Virus record (IMG/VR): IMGVR_UViG_3300033149_006345
Coordinates: 1-64,000 of that record
From: a virus
Strand: one strand, 5' to 3'
DNA length: 64,000 bases
Below, piece by piece: positions 9,122 through 17,235 of the stretch. The notes beneath the pieces are model-generated. The model did not search any database. It was given only the letters and a program-made list of their open reading frames with translations, and was not told the origin of the DNA. The number at the start of each line of letters is the position of its first letter. Position 1 is the stretch's first letter. Both the position numbers and the translations under genes were made by a program.

Positions 9122-9333
9122 AGCGTGACGTTATATCCGGGCGTTTCCTAAATGAGCGGGTGTGTCGTATATCACGGCAACTAAACGGCAAGAAAATGGT
9201 GATTATATACGGTACGCCTTCTCGGTCTTTCAGGAAACGCCTAGCAGACTACGGTTTTAGGTATGATGGTAATAACAAGCGCTGGTATAAGATAATGAGC
9301 AAGAATCAAAAACTACCAGCGTTTATAAGATAA
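9118..9333 (+). CDS. Hypothetical basic protein
   Basis: ATGA overlap; RKRLADYGFRY....KRWY motif. Confidence 0.7.
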   Translation: MKRDVISGRFLNERVCRISRQLNGKKMVIIYGTPSRSFRKRLADYGFRYDGNNKRWYKIMSKNQKLPAFIR

Positions 9334-9345
9334 GGGGGATATACC

Positions 9346-9675
9346 ATGCGTTTGCGAGATCGTTATATTACAATGACGGCAATGATCAACCATTTTGGTG
9401 ACACTTTCGAAGAGGCATTTGCAAAAAGCGAAATGACATTGCGTGAAGCAATATATGTACATGATCATTATGTGCCTCAGAATAAACGCCTGCGGTATAT
9501 CCGCATGAACGGCAAGATGTTCAAGTATATCGGCAACGGCGTATTTCGCCGTGTCGATTCCCTTGGTCGTTTTTGTCTAGATGGTAAAAACGATCATGTA
9601 AAAGTGTTGGGATTCGTCAGGAATCCGCTCGAAGTTATATTCAACGATTCAATCGAAAAGATTAAGGAGGTATAA
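9346..9675 (+). CDS. Hypothetical protein
   Basis: SD AGGGGG; operon spacing. Confidence 0.7.
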   Translation: MRLRDRYITMTAMINHFGDTFEEAFAKSEMTLREAIYVHDHYVPQNKRLRYIRMNGKMFKYIGNGVFRRVDSLGRFCLDGKNDHVKVLGFVRNPLEVIFNDSIEKIKEV

Positions 9676-9677
9676 AA

Positions 9678-9986
9678 ATGGAATGGATATGTGATATCAG
9701 ACGTGTCAACAGTTGTGAAGCGCATCTGAGAGTCCTTTCAGATGCAATTGGTAACAATAAATGGACTGCATGGTTCGGTGGCCGGGGAGATCAAGTAGTA
9801 ATTAGTATACCACGCAACTTCAAACTTTCTCGAAGGCGAGAGAAAGTACTGCTTCGAGATGGTTTCGGATATACTCCGATCATTATATTCGAAGATGGTA
9901 GGAAATTTGAACCCTCTATGTCAGAATTATATAGTAATAACTTTCCGACAGTTACTCAAGAAGATCTTGACCGTTTTTACAAATAG
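9678..9986 (+). CDS. Hypothetical protein
   Basis: SD AAGGAGG. Confidence 0.72.
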   Translation: MEWICDIRRVNSCEAHLRVLSDAIGNNKWTAWFGGRGDQVVISIPRNFKLSRRREKVLLRDGFGYTPIIIFEDGRKFEPSMSELYSNNFPTVTQEDLDRFYK

Positions 9987-9997
9987 GAGGATATATC

Positions 9998-10633
9998 ATG
10001 ACATACCCAATACAGCAGATTAAAGTATATGACGCCGAAGTGGTATATCAGGCCATGAAGGCATCTGATGAGTTTTACTTCGTAGAGTTTAACAGAGAGA
10101 AGGGAATAATATACTGCACCATTGAAAGATATGCCATGGACGGCCATGGCTACCATGTCGGATATGAGCGATTTAAGTATACCATTGGTCCCTTGTTGAC
10201 CAAAGAAAGAATGGGTGTATACAACATGGGACCATGGGGTTTATCTAAATATGTCTTCCTCCATGCCGATATAACCAACTGCGAGGTAAAGGTTATACCG
10301 GCAGAAGAGGAACACAGGCCAACTAAAACAGAGCTGATTGAATATATTATAGAAATGAGAAAAGGGGAGTATACCAAAACCGAATTACGCAAGATGTCCA
10401 AGGATGAAATTGAGGATATAGCATCCAACCTTGGATATTACGACGGGGTATACTACCCCGCTGACGAAGATTTCGCCTATGAAGTATTTAGAGTAACAAT
10501 GGAGGATATAGTACTGAAAATAATAGATGAAAACCCTAATGATTGGGAATATACCTACAATGCCGAAGGTGGATATTGGAGCCTCGGCGATTTGATTTGG
10601 GATATAGAAAATAACACCTATGAGGAGGTATAA
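9998..10633 (+). CDS. Hypothetical protein with internal Rho-N/HeH-like TKTEL repeats
   Basis: SD AGGAGG; PTKTELIEYI and YTKTELRKMSKDEI. Confidence 0.72.
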   Translation: MTYPIQQIKVYDAEVVYQAMKASDEFYFVEFNREKGIIYCTIERYAMDGHGYHVGYERFKYTIGPLLTKERMGVYNMGPWGLSKYVFLHADITNCEVKVIPAEEEHRPTKTELIEYIIEMRKGEYTKTELRKMSKDEIEDIASNLGYYDGVYYPADEDFAYEVFRVTMEDIVLKIIDENPNDWEYTYNAEGGYWSLGDLIWDIENNTYEEV

Positions 10634-10635
10634 CT

Positions 10636-11091
10636 ATGGCATATGCACCGTTTTATATCTGGGGTCGAGTGAGCAACAGGAAACATGATATATCCATTCG
10701 TGTCAGAAACTCTGGCGGTATAATCATATTCGCCAGAGTAGATGGCGGAAGCGAAGAAGTAGTATCTATATACATGGACACAGAGCGTGATGGTAATATC
10801 ATAACAATGAACATTAGACTACCGAATGCTAAGCAATACAATTGGGCATGGTTTGGAAAGAATCAAGGTTATATCCGCTTCAACCGCTTTGATATAGTAG
10901 ATGCCTATTACGTATACTCGATGGATTACGGCGAACATGTGACGCTGGCAAGGTTGACAGATAAACTGAGATATACTCCATCTCCCAAGATAAAGGAAAA
11001 GGGATATCATGGATTGAGCAAAAATGCCAAGAAGATATATCACAATCTTGTTGTAAGGCACTATAGCGATCTTGCAAGATATAAAGGATAA
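10636..11091 (+). CDS. Hypothetical protein
   Basis: SD GAGGAGG. Confidence 0.72.
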   Translation: MAYAPFYIWGRVSNRKHDISIRVRNSGGIIIFARVDGGSEEVVSIYMDTERDGNIITMNIRLPNAKQYNWAWFGKNQGYIRFNRFDIVDAYYVYSMDYGEHVTLARLTDKLRYTPSPKIKEKGYHGLSKNAKKIYHNLVVRHYSDLARYKG

Positions 11092-11109
11092 GGAGAGAAG
11101 AGGATTAAG

Positions 11110-11259
11110 ATGAGATATACTTGCATATGCGGTGGGCAATTGTATAAGGTTATGGTTCAACCATTTCAACAAGCGGGATGGTATATCTGTAGTAAATGTA
11201 ACAGAAGAGGACCATTATATATAATTAGTAGATTGTTTGTGATTGGAGATGATCAATGA
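11110..11259 (+). CDS. Small zinc-ribbon peptide, 49 aa (not in ORF track)
   Basis: MRYTCICGG...WYICSKC; SD GAGGA. Confidence 0.55.
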   Translation: MRYTCICGGQLYKVMVQPFQQAGWYICSKCNRRGPLYIISRLFVIGDDQ

Positions 11260-11295
11260 GATATATCAAGAGATCCTTTATATAGGGGGGATATA

Positions 11296-11682
11296 ATGCT
11301 AATCGTATTGAGAAAAGCTATTGCCAGTAATGTATACCCCACATACAGCAATGGGGTATATGACGGCAAACCTATGAGAAAATATTATACTGTTAAACTT
11401 GGCACACATGAGCACGAGAGTTATACCTGTGCTCAATGTGGCAAACAACACGATAAGTTATATCTAATTGTGAGGAAAGTTCGAGATATGTTTGGTCACT
11501 TTCCTGTAGTTATGCTGAATGGACAAGAACACGTGATTGATATAACCTTGCCAACTACGGTGGATAAAATACCACGTGATGCTGTTGCCGTACCTGATGC
11601 TATAGCTAGCAAGGTATGGCATTGGGACAGTCATCGTTTTGTACATAGCAGCTTGATATCATTCTGGAAAAACAACAGATAA
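11296..11682 (+). CDS. Hypothetical protein with CxxC motif
   Basis: SD GGGGGG; ends at terminator. Confidence 0.72.
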   Translation: MLIVLRKAIASNVYPTYSNGVYDGKPMRKYYTVKLGTHEHESYTCAQCGKQHDKLYLIVRKVRDMFGHFPVVMLNGQEHVIDITLPTTVDKIPRDAVAVPDAIASKVWHWDSHRFVHSSLISFWKNNR

Positions 11683-11685
11683 AAG

Positions 11686-11724
11686 AAAACCCCGGCCAGG
11701 TATATCACCTGCCGGGGTTTTTTA
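11686..11724. terminator. Rho-independent terminator, probably bidirectional
   Basis: AAAACCCCGGC / GCCGGGGTTTT stem with T-tract on the right and A-tract on the left. Confidence 0.85.
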
Positions 11725-11850
11725 TTCTTTATAACTTGGCGTTCTCGATATATCGGCGTTCTGAATCCTCAGTTTTTTTGCGTTCTATATACCGGGGGGG
11801 AAGGTCGGTGCAATATTTCTCTTGCGCCAATCCCGCTTGCGCCAATATAC

Positions 11851-12015
11851 TTTGCACCGGTGCAAATATATTTAGCTCCATGCAAAATATATTTGCACTA
11901 GTTATATCCTAGGATATACCATGTGGTATATCTGCAACGGTATACTGCACACAATTGTGTGCAATGTTTCCCATGCAAATATGCCTGCATGGTATACTTG
12001 CAGGATATATCCTGC
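11851..12015. repeat. Cluster of perfect 16-18 bp palindromes
   Basis: TTTGCACCGGTGCAAA 11851-66; TATATCCTAGGATATA 11903-18; TGCACACAATTGTGTGCA 11946-63; GCAGGATATATCCTGC 12000-15. Confidence 0.9.
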
Positions 12016-12091
12016 TAGATATAACTTGCCTAAAAATTTTTCTCGAATTTTCTCGATCAGCCAATATGTTTCATGGTATATCTTGCCGGAA

Positions 12092-12120
12092 ATACTAGCA
12101 AATTCGGAAAAATTTGTCAA
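12092..12120 (-). promoter_or_regulatory. Candidate leftward sigma70 promoter firing into non-coding DNA
   Basis: Minus strand TTGACA (12120-12115), 17 nt, TGC-TAGTAT (12097-12092). Confidence 0.55.
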
Positions 12121-12133
12121 GCGAATTTTTTGC

Positions 12134-12161
12134 TTGACATGCTCATATTATATGATATAAG
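12134..12161 (+). promoter_or_regulatory. Sigma70 promoter
   Basis: TTGACA (12134-39), 16 nt, TGA-TATAAG (12156-61). Confidence 0.7.
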
Positions 12162-12210
12162 TAAAGGCAAATCCGGCAAGGGAACCCGAAAAGGAAAGGA
12201 GGTTAAGGAA

Positions 12211-12429
12211 ATGGTAAAGGAAAACAAAGGGTTACGGAAAGACATCAGACGGGAAATAGCTTACAAAGTCATAAAGAGACATCCGGCCTGGAATTTGGTT
12301 GAGGCATTGAAATTTATAGATGCAACAATGGATCTAGTCCGAAACAAGGAAATTGATAGAGTATATGAAAATTTTGATATTGTTGGTCTGCCGTACAATC
12401 TCGCCATCGAGATTGCCGGACATTGTTAA
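12211..12429 (+). CDS. Hypothetical protein
   Basis: SD AAAGGAGGT before ATG 12211. Confidence 0.7.
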   Translation: MVKENKGLRKDIRREIAYKVIKRHPAWNLVEALKFIDATMDLVRNKEIDRVYENFDIVGLPYNLAIEIAGHC

Positions 12430-12450
12430 CCACAAAACGGGAGGTGCAAC

Positions 12451-12750
12451 ATGGCAAAGGCAAAAAATAAAGTAATCGAATTGAAACCGGAGGACGCATT
12501 AGTGTTTGACAGGTTGGTCAATGAACTGGAGGATTTTTTAATCCGTAAAGGCATCAAGCGTGCTGATGCCGAGAGAAAACTCTTAGCAAAAGGTTTTCGT
12601 CCTGTAACTTCCAAAGAATTTGCTCACCTTACTAGGTTCGAGCGAAGTTTACTTGAATGGCGTGTTTGCGGCCGCAAGCGCTTTGTGCGGCCGCGTCAAC
12701 GGTTTATCCACCGCGGGCGTGTTGTCACGGTGGAATACAAAAGGGCGTGA
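12451..12750 (+). CDS. Hypothetical Arg-rich protein
   Basis: SD GGGAGGT. Confidence 0.7.
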   Translation: MAKAKNKVIELKPEDALVFDRLVNELEDFLIRKGIKRADAERKLLAKGFRPVTSKEFAHLTRFERSLLEWRVCGRKRFVRPRQRFIHRGRVVTVEYKRA

Positions 12751-12752
12751 TC

Positions 12753-13634
12753 ATGGTACAGGATGTTTATAAACGTGATCAATCAACCGTCGAGTTTTTA
12801 CGGCAGGTTGGTTTAGCTTGTCGCAACCTCGATGGAATAGATCATGTGTATTATTGCAAGGCAAAGCGGCAATGTAAGACGCTTTTGCCTTGCGTCTACA
12901 ATTGTGGTGAATATGAAGGTTGCCAGGACATACCAGACAACCTGCAACCTCTAATATCAACCATAAAACGGATGGAGGAAAAAATCATGGCAAAGGTAAA
13001 GGTAAGCAAAAAGGCAACCGGCAAGGGAAACATCAAGGCAAAGGTAAAGGTTGGTAGCAAAGCAACCTCCACCACCAACCAGGAGGTGAATAACGGCAAC
13101 CTGCAAACCACCATAAAGGCAATCAAGGATTTGCTCGATGGATATCAATTTAACAACAAACACAACGTAACCATGAACACGTTGTGCGACATCGACAAAA
13201 AGCTTGACAGGTTGATCGACGCTTTGCGTTATTTTAATGAACGACTGGAAAAATTGGGACCGGCCATAGAGGTTATAAGTCGATATGGCCGGGAAAACCG
13301 GCAGGACTATTTGCCGCAAAAGGCAACCGAAAAGGCAACATCCACCTCCACCAAAACATCACGTCTTGGAAGTTTAGTCGGGACAGTATATAACGCTTTG
13401 GTGGAATACACAGAACAGGATGGAGGTGCAACCTTCGATGAGGTGATAGACTATGTAAAGGAACATGGCTTCACCTCCGACAGCAATCTGTCAACCGTCC
13501 AGCAATATCTAAAACCTAACGTGCAATTTGTGGAATTTCTCCGCAAAAAGGGCAAGCGATTGATGGAGGTGCTATTTGAGGATGAGGACGGCAACCAGGT
13601 TGACGGTTATGTCCTAGAGGACATAGAGGACTAA
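12753..13634 (+). CDS. Hypothetical protein with probable C-terminal winged helix; strong internal start at 12987
   Basis: VYNALVE....GGATFDEVIDYVKEHG...STVQQYL; GGAGG SD before ATG 12987. Confidence 0.65.
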   Translation: MVQDVYKRDQSTVEFLRQVGLACRNLDGIDHVYYCKAKRQCKTLLPCVYNCGEYEGCQDIPDNLQPLISTIKRMEEKIMAKVKVSKKATGKGNIKAKVKVGSKATSTTNQEVNNGNLQTTIKAIKDLLDGYQFNNKHNVTMNTLCDIDKKLDRLIDALRYFNERLEKLGPAIEVISRYGRENRQDYLPQKATEKATSTSTKTSRLGSLVGTVYNALVEYTEQDGGATFDEVIDYVKEHGFTSDSNLSTVQQYLKPNVQFVEFLRKKGKRLMEVLFEDEDGNQVDGYVLEDIED

Positions 13635-13696
13635 GACCAAATATTAACCTAGGGCAAGGCAACAATGCCTTGCCTGCAACAACCGGGAGGTGCAAT

Positions 13697-13942
13697 ATGG
13701 CTAAGGGTAAGGTTGTCGGCAACCTGTACATCATGGAGGATTTTACGGACGGTTTAGAGGTGGAGTTTTACAGGATGTCAAAGGATTCAAGGGGTGGGAA
13801 ACCTCGATATACTACTCCAACGGAATATAACCAGGATGATCTAATCCTCGATGATGTCCTGGTTATAACTGTCAACCGCAAATCCACCAACGGCAAGGCA
13901 AAACCAAAGGTAAAGCGTCGGCCAAAGGTAGCTAAAAAGTAA
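13697..13942 (+). CDS. Hypothetical protein with Lys-rich C-tail
   Basis: SD GGGAGGT; ends before terminator. Confidence 0.7.
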   Translation: MAKGKVVGNLYIMEDFTDGLEVEFYRMSKDSRGGKPRYTTPTEYNQDDLILDDVLVITVNRKSTNGKAKPKVKRRPKVAKK

Positions 13943-13964
13943 AACTCATATCTAAACCTGATGG

Positions 13965-13997
13965 AACCTCCTGGTTGTTACGCCAGGAGGTTTTTTA
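13965..13997 (+). terminator. Rho-independent terminator
   Basis: AACCTCCTGG-ttgttacg-CCAGGAGGTT followed by TTTT. Confidence 0.85.
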
Positions 13998-14192
13998 TTG
14001 CCTTGATCATGGTATATCTCAATGGCCTGTACAGCAAGGCAATATCCAAAACATGCCTTTCCAATGTTTTTCTCTTATAGTTTTCTCTTGTCTCTGCAAT
14101 ATCGTTTCCTTGCCTGTAATAATATGCAGATACAATAAAAGGTTATATTTGAGATACAGATATTGCTAGCAGATATTTGATTAGTTGAATGT

Positions 14193-14358
14193 CTGGTAAT
14201 TGGTTTACCAGGTAACTGATCATTGGCGATTTGGGTATTTGGTTGTTTGTTCAGGTAGTAGTCGGTGGTTTGGTTTACCTGGTGATTGGTTTACTGGTAA
14301 CTGGTTGTTTGGTGATTGATTTGGTGATTTGGTTTACCTGGTGATTTGGCGATTTGAT
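14193..14358. repeat. GT-rich degenerate 7-8-mer tandem repeats (TGGTTTAC/TGGTGATT/TGGCGATT)
   Basis: TGGTTTACC(A/T)GGT at 14201, 14271 and 14330 plus many shorter units. Confidence 0.75.
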
Positions 14359-15004
14359 AGTACGCCAATGATCCCTTGCCTACAGTTTTTCATATCACCA
14401 ATATACTAAACTCAAAAGTATAAACTAGAACATATCTAATTCGCTTTATACTCGTATCAAACACCTTGCCTGCACCTAAATCTACCTCTATCGCCTAATC
14501 CCTACCACAGGCAAATCTGGCATTATATGAACGTTGCTATATGCAGGCATTGCCGTATATGCAATCCACTATACACCATGCCTATTTCGTCTCACAATCG
14601 CTTTTCTATGCCTTGCCAATATCAAACACTAGGACTAAGGCGAAAATCGATCACAAGCCAAATTTGATCCATTTGCAACGTACAGATGGTTTAGCTATGC
14701 CTGCATATGCCGGTATGATCGCTGCTATAGTACACAGGCAAGCTTCGATCATCACCTTGAGCACTATACCAGTCGATCCATTGCCCATATTTCCATGCAC
14801 CAATATATTGAACATTGCATATGATCATGTGCTGATATATTCCAATATGGCAGCAATATATCCATTGCACCATGTGCTATATATCTATTGCGGTATACAA
14901 TACTGCATTTGATCCTATGTGGTATATGGTATAGGGGTATACTCGGGTATACTGTCCAATATACCCAAAGTCCCATTTTGGACACACCGGATATACCAAG
15001 AAGT

Positions 15005-15330
15005 CAACCTTACACCTAACAAGTTTTCTCAACTCACATATATAAAGAACCTATTAGTTCAACCTTACATCTAACAAATTTCTCCAATCCGTATATATAA
15101 GGAACTATTTAATTCCATATTTCACCTACTAGATTTTTCAAACTTGTATATATAAGGAAGTTGTTTCTATTTTACCTACCATCTAACAACTCTTTCAAAC
15201 TCACATATATAAGGAAGTTGTTTTACTTCATCCACCATCTAATAAATTTTTTCAATTCACATATATAAGGAACAACTTAATTCCATATTCCACCTGACAA
15301 TTTTTTCAAACTCGTATATATAACAACTCC
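15005..15330. repeat. Six degenerate tandem repeats of 55-57 bp, core about TTTCAAACTCRYATATATAAGGAA
   Basis: ATATATAA cores at 15038, 15093, 15148, 15205, 15261 and 15316. Confidence 0.9.
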
Positions 15331-15574
15331 ATTTGCTACACCTGATTGTTTTTCTTGAAACCATTTTTATCCATTCAGATTTTCTTATCGTCTATTGTTT
15401 TTTAAACTTCCATATGTTGAAAGATATATGCAGCAATAAATTTTTCATATACGCATATATATTGGCTTCGTCATATTTTACTTCCCTGAAAACTATTGAT
15501 ATTGCAAATTGGAAAAATGAATTTTGGAAAAATATATGGAGGGAAATTTGGATATGGGTATATAAGGGAATGGA

Positions 15575-15623
15575 TAAAAGAAAAGCCATATGGGACTCCG
15601 TGTTGGAAAATCCCATATGGCTT
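15575..15623 (-). terminator. Rho-independent terminator of the leftward operon
   Basis: 13-bp stem AAGCCATATGGGA / TCCCATATGGCTT with A-tract on the left (U-tract on minus strand). Confidence 0.75.
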
Positions 15624-15657
15624 CCGTTGGGAGGGGGATGTATGGAGGGCTGTATGA

Positions 15658-15759
15658 TTATCTGCGTCTGCCTTTCCCTTTTCTGCTCTTCTTCAATCGC
15701 TTTTGTTTTTCTTTCTTCTTTTGCTTTGCGGTAGGTCTATTCCGTTTTCCCTTGGGCAT
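15658..15759 (-). CDS. 33-aa protamine-like basic peptide (not in ORF track)
   Basis: MPKGKRNRPTAKQKKKEKQKRLKKSRKGKGRRR; AGGAG SD 7 nt upstream. Confidence 0.6.
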   Translation of the reverse strand: MPKGKRNRPTAKQKKKEKQKRLKKSRKGKGRRR

Positions 15760-15807
15760 ATTGAAGCTCCTGGTTTATTCTCATCGCTTTGCGTATTGTC
15801 TATTCCT

Positions 15808-15867
15808 TCATTGTACCATAGCCGTTTCAAATTCTGTTATTATACGGTATAAGTATATTTTATTCAT
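15808..15867 (-). pseudogene. Truncated duplicate of the start of the 15864-16136 gene
   Basis: MNKIYLYRII...stop after 19 aa versus MNKLYLYRIK; SD region also duplicated. Confidence 0.5.
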
Positions 15868-16136
15868 TGTTCTTCCTTCCATTTTTCCACTATTTGAATT
15901 ACACCCGGACTATCTATTAGAAATGTTGATGGTGACACAATAATATTATCTTGTTTGGCTACAAGTTCAATAGATATGGTACCCATCCTTTCCCAAACAG
16001 CCTCTTCATCACCTTCTTTTATATCTCTTTTCATACGTTCATAGAGGGTTAAAAAGGCACTGGCTGGATCTGTGCTTAGTACAAGAGCTTCACCAAAACT
16101 CGCTGCTTTTATACGGTATAAGTATAGCTTATTCAT
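15864..16136 (-). CDS. Hypothetical protein
   Basis: SD GGAAGGAAG. Confidence 0.65.
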   Translation of the reverse strand: MNKLYLYRIKAASFGEALVLSTDPASAFLTLYERMKRDIKEGDEEAVWERMGTISIELVAKQDNIIVSPSTFLIDSPGVIQIVEKWKEEQ

Positions 16137-16218
16137 TATTCTTCCTTCCTTTCAGGTAATACCAATTTCCTTATTATTGATCCGGGTCTCATTCTTACTT
16201 CAAACAGATATAATTTTT

Positions 16219-16419
16219 TCATCTCCCATTTATATCCTTCGATATGCTTTTCGCAAGCCCGTATGAAACAATACCAACCAGTCCTATTGCCCCAATGAGG
16301 AAACGCCAGGGCAATGGGTTTACCATTAAAGCCATAATTTTGAAGAAGGTTAACAAAACCGATAATATAAATATTGTCATTGCTATACTGAATAAATCCT
16401 CTTTGCTACTATATTTCAT
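16219..16419 (-). CDS. Small two-TM membrane protein
   Basis: Two hydrophobic segments; SD AGGAGGT. Confidence 0.65.
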   Translation of the reverse strand: MKYSSKEDLFSIAMTIFILSVLLTFFKIMALMVNPLPWRFLIGAIGLVGIVSYGLAKSISKDINGR

Positions 16420-16422
16420 TTG

Positions 16423-17235
16423 CTACCTCCTTTCCCATATTATGATTTTTGTTTCCAATCCAACTCTCTTTGCGATATTGATCATATGTTTTGTTCCCCT
16501 GCTTTTGCCGTCCCAAAAGGCTATTAGCTGATCGCTGTATGCAGCCATTAGCCGATTGCGAATGATCCCGGCAGGTTTTCCGAACAAACCCCAATGCGCC
16601 GGAAACAATTTATAGCGAATGTTGTTTTCCTCGGCGTATTTTATACCATATTGATCCGGTCCTTTGGCATTGCCTGAAATTATGATGGCAGTTCGGGGAA
16701 TACGTAATCTATCCAAATGTTCCTTCACAAAAATGTAGGAATCCACTATCCGTGATCCTGCAACTATAATCCTCTTCCTTTTGGAAATTCTCTTGGAGAC
16801 TATAACAAAGCGAGCGTCCAGTTGAGCTTTCTCCAATATTTGTTTTACATCTCTCCAGTCAAGACCTCCATTACCACATCCAGGTCTTGGCAAGCAAACC
16901 AATTTCCAGTCGTTTTCATCAGCCAGTTGTTTTAGTTGGATAGCTGATTGTTCTATCAATGTTGGATCGGCTCTTTCCCACCAATTATGCTTCACAGGGA
17001 AGGAATATATGTTTTCCAACAGGTGGTTTATTTGGTTCCCTTTTTGTTTGATGGTATTTCCCAATATTGAATCTATGCCATTGAATTTTGTTTTGGCTTC
17101 AAGAGCACAGCCTCTTCCCATAACGGCGGCACCATTTTTCTTTATGGTGCCATTCGTTGTTATACAAACGGCGTCAAATAATATACGTCTTTCAAACAAA
17201 TCCATTTGCAGAGAGCGGAATTTGGGGATTAGCAT
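16423..17235 (-). CDS. Macrodomain (ADP-ribose processing) fused to SLOG (YspA/DUF2493-like) domain
   Basis: N-half ITTNG...AVMGRGCA...SFPVK..W...LPRPGCGNGGLDW; C-half IIVAGSR...IISGNAKGPD...AGIIRNRLM...LIAFWDGKSRGTKHMI. Confidence 0.88.
   Translation of the reverse strand: MLIPKFRSLQMDLFERRILFDAVCITTNGTIKKNGAAVMGRGCALEAKTKFNGIDSILGNTIKQKGNQINHLLENIYSFPVKHNWWERADPTLIEQSAIQLKQLADENDWKLVCLPRPGCGNGGLDWRDVKQILEKAQLDARFVIVSKRISKRKRIIVAGSRIVDSYIFVKEHLDRLRIPRTAIIISGNAKGPDQYGIKYAEENNIRYKLFPAHWGLFGKPAGIIRNRLMAAYSDQLIAFWDGKSRGTKHMINIAKRVGLETKIIIWERR

Noticed and set aside
11851-12015. Protelomerase target (telRL-like) site
   Set aside because: Palindromes are short and separate rather than one long inverted repeat, and no protelomerase is seen in the window
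15005-15330. CRISPR array
   Set aside because: Units are degenerate, the intervening sequences resemble each other rather than being unique spacers, the 55-57 bp period is short, and no cas genes are present
14541-15943. ORF-track entries of 60-133 aa in and next to the gene-free zone
   Set aside because: No SD, atypical composition, and they lie in repeat-rich DNA or cross the minus-strand terminator
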